A stretch of 63,972 nt of DNA, filler included, from Choristocarpus tenellus KU-1152 (lineage: Eukaryota > Protista > Phaeophyceae): assembly GCA_964200185.2 (NCBI GenBank). It is 9 parts of 9 records of this genome, joined end to end, with 100 filler letters (N's around TTAATTAATTAA, not from the genome) between each part and the next. Parts side by side here need not be neighbours in the genome. Positions count along the whole stretch, not along the records: positions 7,381 to 12,450 come from CAXNAD020011980.1; positions 12,551 to 19,709 come from CAXNAD020006602.1; positions 19,810 to 29,636 come from CAXNAD020003362.1; 6 more parts are not named here. One strand, written 5' to 3'. The notes below the pieces were generated by a model, which made no database searches, was not told the origin of the DNA, and worked only from the letters and a program-made list of their open reading frames with translations. Position 1 is the first letter of the stretch. Each line of letters begins with the position of its first letter. Shown piece by piece: positions 11,624 through 22,900 of the stretch. The translations under genes and the position numbers were made by a program.

Positions 11624-12450
11624 TGTTAAAGTATCCCCAAAATCATTAAAGAGGATAAAGGTGATAAACCCCGCGAGATTGCTTGGTGTCTGTAGAGTGA
11701 TTGATTAAATTTAGGAGAAACATGATGGAGATCATCCCGTCGTCCTGGCCGCTATGCCCAGCACTCGGCCTCCGGCTGGGGGCTGTTGAGGGAAAATTTC
11801 CCAGAGAGGGGAAATAGTTTGGATTCTGGGAGCATCAGAAGTGGAGCAAGCCAGAGGTCCGGTTCTTCGGAGAGCTTGGGGACAGGCGCACATATTGTTC
11901 GCCCCACGACAAAGAGATCGAGAACCCCACCACCGAAGCTATTGGACGACTCGGACTACCGGGACTGGCAGAGGCGTTTCATCGTTCATTGTCGATATAC
12001 CCACTGTTTAGATGCGTTGACAAGTGAAAGACCAGTCAATCAAGATCGCTCCTACGAAGAAATTCTCTCGGACGGATTCAGGGCAAATTATATCTGGATG
12101 GCCGAAGAGGCCTACCATGCACTTACTGTTGCTCTCGTTGCTCCCACCACCAGGGCACTGTGCTATACGCACCAAAGCCCGAGCGAGCTTTTCCGAGCTA
12201 TAGATGATTGGTTCATGCCCAATACAGTGTGGGTAATAGTCAACATTTGTTCCGTGAGTTTTTCACTGCAAAGGTTGAGAAGGGGTCGAACCCGATCCTG
12301 ACTCTAAACCACCTGGAAGAGCTTCGGGGGAGGATGCTATCAATGGATCTGGTGATCTCGGACAAGCTGCTGCTCCTACAGTTCCTGAGTGCTCTCGGAT
12401 CAGATTACGATACCGAGATACGCATGATGGCCTCGCAGAGAACACAGATC
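11624..12450 (+). mobile_element. Second Copia element of the same family: putative 5' LTR (11624-11722), PBS-like site and gag N-terminus; truncated by contig end
   Basis: A TGTT...AACA 99-bp segment begins exactly where the minus-strand gag stops, followed by TGATGGAGAT. Sequence 12110-12450 is homologous in inverted orientation to 11280-11623. ORFs 11786..12301 and 12208..12450 encode a Copia gag-like region, split by a 2-nt insertion near 12230 relative to the sister copy. Confidence 0.75.
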
Positions 12451-13338
12451 NNNNNNNNNNNNNNNNNNNNNNNNNNNNNNNNNNNNNNNNNNNNTTAATT
12501 AATTAANNNNNNNNNNNNNNNNNNNNNNNNNNNNNNNNNNNNNNNNNNNNAACACCAGTTTCTTTAACACTAATACACCTCACAATCAATGTGGAAGGGA
12601 GGGTGGCTACTCTCCTCAGCACTAGTAGGCCCACTGTGAACCACCTAACACACAACTATGCATGAGGTACTTCCGTAATGTGACATATGAACACGTTATG
12701 GGCAAATTGGTGCAGGATGATGCGGCCGTTGACTGCTTGGCTCTCTTCACTCCAACATCAACCTCATTACTGTTGATGCCTTTCCCAGGACTACATACAC
12801 AAGAATACGTTACTTCCTCCGCTAACCTTTTGCTGTCACTTTTTCTCACTACTCTGGCACAAATCTACATAACCCCAGAATCGCCACACAACGACTAAGC
12901 CGCCTGCCCCCATCAACCTGCAGCAGGGAGAGGAAAATCCTGTTATTTTTTTATGTAACTATTGACATGGTCTTACTGCATGTTTGCAAAGATGACAACC
13001 AAGGCATGATTCTTTAAAGTTTTGGTCTTTCAACCCATCGTTCAAAAAGTATCTGTCAAAAATCCTGCCCTGTCTTAATTGGACAAGGATTCCAAATACA
13101 ACCTGACCTACAACTCTTGGTGTAGTATATGCTGTCTGATGTTCTTTCTAATGTCCTTTTGACTTGAGCATCTGTTGGCACAAGTAAGAATTGACCATAA
13201 ATGTTGGTGGCAGCAAGGGTGTCGCTTGAGGAAGCGGGAGTGCTCTGTAAGGTGCTATGGTTTGACAGGCTTTGAGCTGCCTTCGTGATCAAAAAGGAAT
13301 GCAAACCGGCTTCTCTACAGTGTCACCCTAACACCAAG

Positions 13339-13345
<7 letters not shown>

Positions 13346-13407
<62 letters not shown>
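13346..13407. repeat. (TG)n microsatellite
   Basis: Directly visible. Confidence 0.97.
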
Positions 13408-13408
<1 letters not shown>

Positions 13409-13756
13409 ACCAGCCGTAGGTCCTCCGGTGTGAAGGGGTATCCTTCATCAGGCAATTCAGTGGCAGGTTGAAGGGGGAAATATTCTCAAACAAATGACTT
13501 TTCCTGTTGTTGATATGTGGATATCTCTATTACAGATAGACGTAAGTGGATGTCCTGCCGAACTCGGGACCCAGCCTGCCTGATGAATCTGCTGACGATG
13601 ATGTAGGCGCAGGAGGTGGTCCTCTTGCTAGGCTGCTGGTAGCCGCCTCGATAACCACTCCAGTAACAACGGGTAGAATGTTTCGACCTCCAAAATTGAT
13701 GTACAAACAGTCTTAACTTTGAGCTAGTATAGTGTTGGCAGTCGCCTCTAGGATGA

Positions 13757-14068
13757 GACCAGTCTTGTTTGTTTTTTTTAATTGCCCAACGAGTTGAACG
13801 ATGATGAGCATATCAAATGAAAGCTCTGGATCTAAGCATCACTGGTGCAAAGAAGTTGTTTTGGAAAAGTTGTTGGTAAGGTTAAATTTTAACCGAATGT
13901 TTTCGGTACAACATTGGAAGTGTTCTGGAATGGATTATCACGGCCATAACTACTTTTACGAAAGAATTACTTTGTATCAGTCGATTCCTTCGACCTAGAA
14001 CTTTCCTTTGATATGCTTATTGTCGATTAACGCGTTGGGCAACCTTTTCAAAAAAGTCATGATTGGTC
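13757..14068. repeat. Imperfect inverted repeat (arms about 13757-13840 and 13983-14068), probable non-autonomous DNA transposon remnant
   Basis: TTGCCCAACGAGTTGAACGATGATGAGCATATCAAATGAAAGCTCTGGATCTAAG versus the reverse complement of the right arm, TTGCCCAACGCGTTAATCGACAATAAGCATATCAAAGGAAAGTTCTAGGTCGAAG. Confidence 0.75.
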
Positions 14069-15478
14069 GCGGCCAAAACGGTACTTGGGTTAACCTCGGC
14101 TTAATACTGTTTAAGCCACTCACAGGACACGGTTCTGGTTGAGCGTCTTGGAGGACACTACTTGATGCTTCCAAAGTACCACTGTGAATGGAACCCAATA
14201 GAGATGGTCTGGGGGCAGGCGAAGCACTATGTACGAGGCCAATCAATGTGACTACACGTTGCCTGGAATGAGAGTCAACACTCCTGTCAGTCTTAAGGAG
14301 GAAGGAGAGCTGTCCAGAGTAATTGTGGAGAGGTTCTTCAGGTTGAGTATTGCTTACCACCTGATATATATTCCAACGAGAAAGGCATGAAGTGCACCAA
14401 ATTGGACAGGGTGTACAAGACATTTAAGTCTCACAGGAGGCCTGCACCTTCAGAATACCTCATTTGACTTACCATGGATTGTCTGGTTCAGAGGCCTGGG
14501 CCGCCATGAGTGAGCCTTAGCCAGCAGGTGACAACATCGTTGCATAAACAGGAAATAATGGAAAGAGAATGGAGAGACAACAACGCCCATGTTCTGCGGG
14601 TGAAGATGACCTCCTCAGGTGCAAAAATTGTCCTTAAATGCGCGGTTCGCGATCGCCGCGTGGCACACTGCGCGAACCGTGCGCGCGGACTACTTGATTT
14701 AAGTATGGTCCTGTATTTCTCATGAATTTTCATGAAAAAAATTGTTGTTCAAAAGTTATGGTAGGACAAAGTTGATGCAGGAGGTGACTGCCAACACTGT
14801 ACGATTCTATCAGAAATGGTAGAACTTATCAGAATATAGTTCAAGATGCAGCCAATTGAAGAGAAATCTTTCTTTACTTGTGGCATAACCGAGCCCAAAA
14901 ATGTTAATGTAATATTCATGTTATTTGTTTTTAGGAGATCCTCATTCAAATCCACTTGTTTGGTACTGGTGATATTCTTATCATCAATGTAATGTGTATC
15001 TCAAACAATTGTATCTCCTCAATACTCATGTGTTGACCACATCAACTTCTATTTCACCACAAAACACAACCACAATCTTCCACAAAATATTTGTGAGAAG
15101 GTTGTGCAATTTCAGTATTTCTCGCTCTTTGTGAAATCTACCTGTCCTAGCCACAAGAATTAGCTGTATAGAGTGGACTTGAGAAGACAACACAGATCTC
15201 TAAACTCTTTCCTAGAGCATTCCTTGGGTGATAGGTACGAGTCGATAGTATTGTTAATACTCGCTATATTTCCTACCTCCACATCACATTCCTGTGAATC
15301 TGAGCGAGTGACCTACTTATCTATTACTTAGCTGACTCGATGCGCCACTGACTAGCCACGATTCAAAGAGTGGTCAAACCCCTTCTTCCGGACCGGTCTT
15401 GCAATCGTCCTTAACAGACAGTGACCCTACATCCCAAATCCGCACCTTGGAGTTTACTGATCCCCGCACCAAAACCCA

Positions 15479-18400
15479 ATGTATAAGGGATGGGCCCACG
15501 TTTGTAGCATACGCAGAGTCTTTGCGCTCTGCACATTCGGGTGCGGAGTGTATTTGACTGGGTTCACCTGGATCAATGACTACGACACCTCCACGTGTCA
15601 TATTTGCCCGAGGAGGGTACTTTGCGCCACCACTCCTTTTGAACTCGTCATGTTATCCGTATCCCGATTCACGGTAAGATCTACTGTTATGCTCATCTTT
15701 GCTCCCGTGTTGACTCACATGCTCGTCCATCTACATTCTACAGTACGAAAACATGAAATGTCGCTTTGGTTGGATTTGTTTTAAAGCGTCTCGATATCTT
15801 ACTCTTGGTGCACAGGCGGGCATCTCTATACCTTCCATGATCATCGCGATGTTGTCGAAGGCAAACAACGCCCGGACTGTGGTTCAACATTCGAGTATCG
15901 GCTCGTCAGTTGATTTCGAACCTACTCATAAACTTCATATCTTATACGGCAACGTCTTTTTATGGGCGAGCGTCGTGCACAGTTTAGCCCACATCTGGCG
16001 GTTCTTGGCACAGGATGGGGGAAGGATACTTCTGGACAACGGAATCACTCGTTCAGGGATAGTTGCTGTTGTTCTCCTCCTGGTCTCCGTGCTTCCGATG
16101 TCTTTGCCATGGCTCAGGCAAAAGGTATGACGTAAAACGCATGAGACCCCTCATCTCCCTTCCAAATAGTTTTTCTTTGCTCTTTAGATAAGCTAACGAG
16201 TACGACACAGTCCGTCCAGCGCTGTTGCCAGTGTATCACCAATAAACCACCGGGGAAAAGAACATGTGCTGTTTTGCGATTGAAGACCACACAGCCCGAT
16301 AGAGGGTTGCTGGAGAGAAGTCCATCTCCCTTGAGATTAATCACAAAATTCGTAGAATATAGTCAAATCGTAGTATACTCAGTAAGGCGAGTTGAGTTTT
16401 TATGAGGTCTATGTGAGTACTGTACCTGGAAAGGGAGATTGGTAGAATGTGAGATTTTTGTTCATATGTCTTGTATCTCGTACCCACAGTTCGTCAAGTT
16501 GCTGCCCGTATACCAACATTAAATTGCAGGGGAAAAAAACTTGTGCTATTTGCAACTTGTCATCACTGAGAACTCAACTCAGCTCTCAACCGGAAAAAAT
16601 ATGGAATTGATTGTTACTGTGGGTCGTGGGTGGAATGTAAAACTGTTATAGCTCACAGGAATGCCCAGATCGAAGAGAGTGAGAGTATCTTAGAGGGTAT
16701 GGGTTTTGCCCTGTTTGTCCGTTTTGGACCTTGGCTTCCGAAGGGTATTTTTACGACATTTTCCTAATCCGAAATGTTTTGGAATAGGTAAAATGTGTAC
16801 GTTTATTTAGTGGTGTGCCCAGAACAAGGATATTGACACTTCCTAACAAACACGACAGTCAAAATTACATCAAAATCGCAGCATTGAATTTTGGCCAAAA
16901 CGGACGCGGCTCTACCCTCAGAGATACTTTGCCCCAGAGTCGTGAAACTAGTGCACAGAATAGTTGTATTAACAGTAACAATAGCCTTTAGTTCCACATC
17001 TTAGAACACACCTTACCAGTATCTGCCTCACTCAAGTTTGATTGCTCTAATGATGCACCCACATAGTCACCAGTCAGTGGGGTGCAAGGAAGGTATACTG
17101 ACAACATATTATGTACATGAAGTACTATTGCACAATATTTTCAACTTGTCGCTACAGCCTCCCCCTCTTGGAAGTATGTGTGGACACATCAAAGCATTGG
17201 TTTGGTAAACATGTTCTTTTTGCCGAACACCTCCTTGCTCAACAGATAACGTATGAAGTCCGTAAAGGCTTTCATTACCTCGCTGTGGTGGCATTGATAT
17301 CAATCTGCTTCCACAATTTTGCACTCAGCATTGTTGTGGTCGTGATCCTTGTTGTCTTTGCTGGGGACTTCGCGTACTTCTATCTTTACGGAACACATCT
17401 CATTGAGAATCCAACATACCAGGCTGTGGGCGGGGGTACGTGCATAACGGTTAAACTACCCAATCGCTACTCCTTCAAGGCTGGGTCATATGCTTATGTC
17501 ATGTGCCCAAGTATTAGTTCCCGTGAGGTACGCTGTCAACAGGAACCCCATCATTAGTTGAAAAATTAGGGTCCAGTTCTAGTATTTGAATCAAAGTGTA
17601 GGATCATGCAGGGTGTGAAGTATGATTGGGCAGTGGAATTGTCAAATCGAGTCCTGACTAGTCCGACAAACATCGTAATCCACCACTTAAGGAGCTATCT
17701 AGCAATGATATCCACAATCAATGCACCCATAGCATGAGCAGGCCGAATGTGATTGGAAGAATTGTTGCAGGTAGGCTATCATCACATGCACTTTTGTTTG
17801 ACTAGGAATGTTTATCTCTTTCTCCACTATTTTCCTGTTTGTTGTGTGAAATGACTTGCCTCACCAAGTGGCATGCCTTCAGTATCATTCCGGCAGCAGG
17901 GGATGTGGAGGAAAATTCCACCACAGCAGGCCAGGATAATGTTACCCACGGAAATGCTACTTTTTATGTCGCTGCTGTGGGCGACTGGACAAAGGAGGTG
18001 TTATCACGCACTCTTCAAAATACACGAATGCCCCTTTGGATCTCGAATGCTTTGCCAAGCTCAATGGAACATGCCCTGGACTTCGACAACGGTAAGAAGT
18101 ATGATACACTGGGATTCTTTGTCTGCCTTATCTAGCTCCAGGAGATCTTTTCTCATTATTTGATTGGTGTATCTCTTCACTCATGCTGTTTCTTGTGTGG
18201 TCATCAAAACATATGTTGCCATGTTTAGCTTCGGTAAACAACATGTGTGAGTTCTATGGCAATTTTTTTTCTTCTGTTGCACCTCCATGTGCAATCTAAA
18301 TATATTCACTCAATAGTTTCTCCCATCACGAAATAGCACTTTGTTCCATCCTCTGCACTCGTCGATTTCCTCGTCTCTTCTGCTACTGCTGTGGTGGGTT

Positions 18401-19451
18401 TTGATCTGTTCAAGTCCTGTTAATTGCCACTGGTGTGGGTATCACTCCGTGCATCAGGTGAGAGTGTCCTCGGAAGTAATGCAAGGTTACACAGGCAGGG
18501 CATTTGGCACAGATCTGGTCATTTAAATGAGCAAAAATAAATTAAGCTGAGGTATATTCCTTTTGTAAGATTGAACATGATTGTCACAATAAACTGTGTC
18601 AAAAACTAATAATAAAACACTATGTTTTGTCATAGCGCATGTAGGTTGTATTCGATTGCTTGATAACCGACTGCACTAACTGCCTTGAACTGCTGATCAA
18701 ATATATCTGGCTTGTCCCCACACCCAGTGACTCAAAGTATCTGGGAGAGGGGGGAGGTCTACGCCAGGGTGTCCATTTGGACCAAAATCAGGAAAAGTAC
18801 AGTATCCATCCGACGTATGCAACCAAATAACCCAAAAATGGCGACATGAAAAATTGACCCCAAATGGATAGCCGAGTCAAAGTATCTTAGAGGGTAGAGC
18901 TGCGTCCATTTGGGGACCAAAATCTAATGTTACAATTTTGATATAATTTTGGCTATCATTTTTGTTAGGAGATGTCAATAACCTTGTTCCAAACACTCCT
19001 TTTTATAACGTACATATTTTACCTACTCTGAAAACACTTTGGAGATGGTAAAATGTCATTAAAAATTTGTGAGAAGCCAAGCCCCAAATGGACAAACAGG
19101 GAATAACACGTACCCTCTAATATACTTCCACTCAGCCGCCACCCCCTCCCAGATACTTTGAGCCAGTCTTCTCGCTTAGTTTATTTTTCACTCCCTGAGC
19201 TCCCTTAACCGTCCCATCATGTACTTAGTGTTATTGAGCGGTATTCATCCCAGAAGAACATACACCTACTGTGGTCAGTCCGTGAGCCGGTTCTTGTGGC
19301 TCTCTATGAGGAGCAGTTGAGGCGTGTCAACAGTACTGTGCATCTGACAGGAACACAGAACTACGAGGTGGTGGATTTTCTGACTCAGCTGATCTCCTCG
19401 AGGGCAGAGGCCCAATCCACAAAGAGCGAGAGACAGGTCCCTCCGGGCAAG
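15479..19451 (+). CDS. Ferric reductase / NADPH-oxidase-family flavocytochrome; exons 15479-15673, 15816-16124, 17246-17527, 17869-18091, 18415-18457, 19229-19451; 3' end beyond contig, 5' end uncertain
   Basis: Heme-ligand histidines in TM segments (HKLHILYG...VVHSLAH; RKGFHY...CFH), GSYAYV...E|WHAFS (FAD-binding), VGDWT, V|LLIATGVGITP (NADPH-binding) and HLLWSVRE. All junctions are GT-AG and phase-compatible. Confidence 0.9.
16677..16935 (-). mobile_element. MITE family B, intronic
   Basis: GAGTGAGAGTATCTTAGAGGGTA...TACCCTCAGAGATACTTTGCCCC; flanks AGA/AGA. Confidence 0.88.
18729..19164 (+). mobile_element. MITE family A carrying nested family B (18874-19133), intronic
   Basis: A: GACTCAAAGTATCTGGGAG...CTCCCAGATACTTTGAGCC with AGT/AGT. 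Inner B: GAGTCAAAGTATCTTAGAGGGTA...CACTC with AGCC/AGCC. Confidence 0.9.
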
Positions 19452-19648
19452 GTAAGACTAGGCTAGAGCACCCAAGTATCTGGTGCTTCAACTGATTCTG
19501 TTTCACATTACAGTGTCAAACTCGCCATTTAAACTTGACATCTGTTGTGTTTTAGCAGACAATAGTGACAGTATTTGTAGCAAATAAGTCTCTCTCTTGA
19601 TCTTAATATTGACATAGATCCCCCCACCTGTGAGTTTGTTCCACACGT

Positions 19649-19709
19649 GAGTGAAAGTATCTTAGAGGGTACGAGTTTTGCCCTGTTTGTCCATTTGGGC
19701 CTTGACTTC
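19649..19709 (-). mobile_element. MITE family B, partial (cut by contig end)
   Basis: GAGTGAAAGTATCTTAGAGGGTACGAGTTTTGCCCTGTTTGTCCATTTGGG. Confidence 0.85.
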
Positions 19710-19892
19710 NNNNNNNNNNNNNNNNNNNNNNNNNNNNNNNNNNNNNNNNNNNNTTAATTAATTAANNNNNNNNNNNNNNNNNNNNNNNNNNNNNNNNNNN
19801 NNNNNNNNNCCCCCCCTCTCCATTGTGCTGATTACTGCTACAATCAGCCTTGACCTCTCTCCCCCCATCTCTCCTCTATGGACCCTTTGCTA

Positions 19893-19938
19893 TGTGATAC
19901 CTTGTGATACCTTGTGATACCTTGTGATACCTTGTGAT
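19893..19938. repeat. (TGTGATACCT)n decamer repeat abutting a TPS acceptor
   Basis: About 4.5 perfect copies. Confidence 0.9.
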
Positions 19939-19944
19939 GTGAAG

Positions 19945-22900
19945 GGACTCTTGTCGGCAGACCTTGTGGGTTTCCACACCTATGACTATGCCCGGCACTT
20001 CCTATCTGCTTGCAGGTGAATGCTGGGGGATACTGATGTACTATATGCTACGTACTGTATACTATATTCTGGCATATTAGTGGGCAGAGGGGGGGAGGGA
20101 GGTAGGGAGGGAGGGTGGGATGGTATTACCATTAGTAGTTCGATTGATATGATAAGTGCTAGTGTAGTGTGGTGTGGGGTTGAACATAAGAATAATAAAT
20201 GATAATTGTAAAAGTAAATAATATCAGAGCCTGTGATGTTTTGGTGTTCAGCACTCCTGTATACTCGTATATGTATGGTTTAGAGTATTGTATTGAATTC
20301 ATTTGTCAGTGAGTGCAGTGTGGAAAGTAAGGTTACAGCAGTTATATGCTCATATGTATGCATGTATGCATGTATGTAAGTGGTTGAGGTAGTGTAGCTA
20401 ACTGTAGCTAACTGTAACTAACTCCATGTACAAACACATGCGGTGGTTCTACACAACAGTGTACCAAATGACATTTAAGAGCATCCCCTATTGAAAGCTC
20501 TCCTATGTCCCTGATTCTTCCCCTATTGGCATCCCCTATTGGCATCCCCTATTGAAAGGATTTCAACACGCTCAGATGCCTTGAATGCCAATTAAATTGA
20601 ATGCGAATGCCTTGACAATCTTTGTTTAGGAATCCCCCCCCCCCTACTCCACTTTTTATTTGCTCCACTCTCTCTTGTGTCCATTTGAGTCTTTGTACTG
20701 CCTGATGCTTGTGTCCATTTGAAAAATTGTTACGTTCACACTTTTTTACTTTTTTTTTGTTAAACCTTTTTCTTTTCATTAAACTTTTTCCTCTTGTCAA
20801 ACCTTTTTCTTTTAAACATTTTTCTTTTTTTATTAACTTTTTATTTTTATTTTTTGTCAGTCGTGTGCTGGAGGTGGAGTGCTCCCCGAGAGGGATTGAG
20901 TATGGGAACCGATTCATGTCCCTGGGAGTGTACCCAATTGGTATCGATCCTGAACATGTTGCAAAGACTCTTCGCAAGCCATGGGTACAGAACCGCATTC
21001 AAGAGGTGAACAAAAATAATAAAATATCACCTACTTATATAGCAGTATCGTTATTGATACTAGTGTTAGTGTTAGTGTTAGTGTTAGTATTAGTGTTAGT
21101 GCATTGTCTTTGATTGTACATATAGTTAGTGGTGGGTGATGTTGCATGTGGCAATGTAGGTACATATTATGTAGTTAATAGGAGTGTATGGTATGATCTG
21201 GTATGATCTGGTATGATCTGGTGTACATTTTCAACCTTAATAGAAATTTTGTTGTACTATGCTATGGTACTGTAGGTGACATTGCTATACCTTAGGTGTC
21301 AAGAGTAGTTGAAACACGTATGATTGTTTTGCAGCCGTTATTGGGATAGTGTTAGGGTAATGTTTCAGTTATAGGGTTTAATTCATTGATTGGCTGATTG
21401 ATTGATGCTGCAAAATCATGTATTAGTATATAATGTATTAGACTGATTTGGAGATGAGAGGTCAGAGGCAGAAGATAATATAATATAATATAATAGAATA
21501 GAATAGATTATAATATCATATAATATATTATAATATAATACAATATAATAGATTATAATATAATATAATAGAATATAATAGAATAGAATAGAATAGAATG
21601 ATTTTGTTCTTTGAAAAATGTGTAGTAGTGCTTTTTTGCTTGAATTGGTGGAAGGCCTTTCCTGGTATTTTGTGTGATAGGAAGTTGATGAAGTTGATTC
21701 AGGTGATGAAGTTGATGAAGGCGATGAAGTTGATGAAGGCATGATAGGGATGTGTTTTGGTTTGGGATGAGTTTGCTTGAGGGTTTTGAATAGTTGCTCC
21801 AAGTTTTGTGATTGCAAGACAGTGGGGAGATGAGCATGGGTTTGACTGTACTGACCTTTTGAAACATAACAAACTCTTTTCACCCTGATTAAGGTTTTGT
21901 GCTTTTTATGATTTAGCAGTGTGTTAATGAAGGGTACAAGTGTACCTTTCTGATGCAGTTACCACTTAGTAACACTCTGTTAGAGGGCATGTTTGAGATG
22001 CTATTGATAATTATGATAATTATGATAATTTTTATTTTATTTATAAAACCCCTTTTTGTGTATGGTTGTGACTACTGGGTTTTAATAGATCTATGTTTGG
22101 TTTATGTATGATGTTTGCACAGTGTGTTGAATGGGGAAAAAAGTGTGTTGATAAGTGAAGTACTTAATCTCTGAGGATATTTTTATTTTTTGAGGTTTAA
22201 ATTTATCATTATTGTTTGGTACTGTTAGAAGTACCACTGTAGTGGTACTAAGAGGGGGGGTGGTGTTGCAGTTGGGAGAGGTGGATGCTTGGATGTGATT
22301 TGTAGATTGCATTATCACTTTACCACACATGTGTACAACTAGTCCAAAGACATCAAAGTCCAAGACATCAAAGACCAAAGACATGATCTAGTCCAAAGAC
22401 ACCAACTAGTCCAAAGACATCACCTGGTCATCAACAACGTCACCCCACCCCTTCTCTCAAACACTTTCATTATCCCTCTCTTTGACTTTCTGTTGTGAAG
22501 TACTGTACTATCCCCTTGCACCACTGTCTTGTCCTGTCTTGTCCTGTCTTGTCCTGTCTTGTCCTGTCTTGTCCTGTCTTGTCCTGTCCTGTCTTGTCCT
22601 GTCGTGTCCTGTCTTGTCTTGTCCGTAAGTGCTTAATATCTCTTACTATCTCTTACTATCTCCTATGGCGTTCCCTCCTCTACTCTTGTTTGTGGGTCTT
22701 TTGCTGGTTTGGGGTTGGATCTTGGGGTTATTTGTGGTTTGGTTGGGGGGAACTTTGATCTCTGCTTGTATTGTATTGTATTGTATTGTATTCATGGATT
22801 TTTCTTGTGCCTGTATTAAAATTAAAAGTTGAGTGAGACATTTGCAGGACGGAAGATTCTTCTTGGAGTAGATCGGCTGGACTACATTAAGGGCGTGCCT

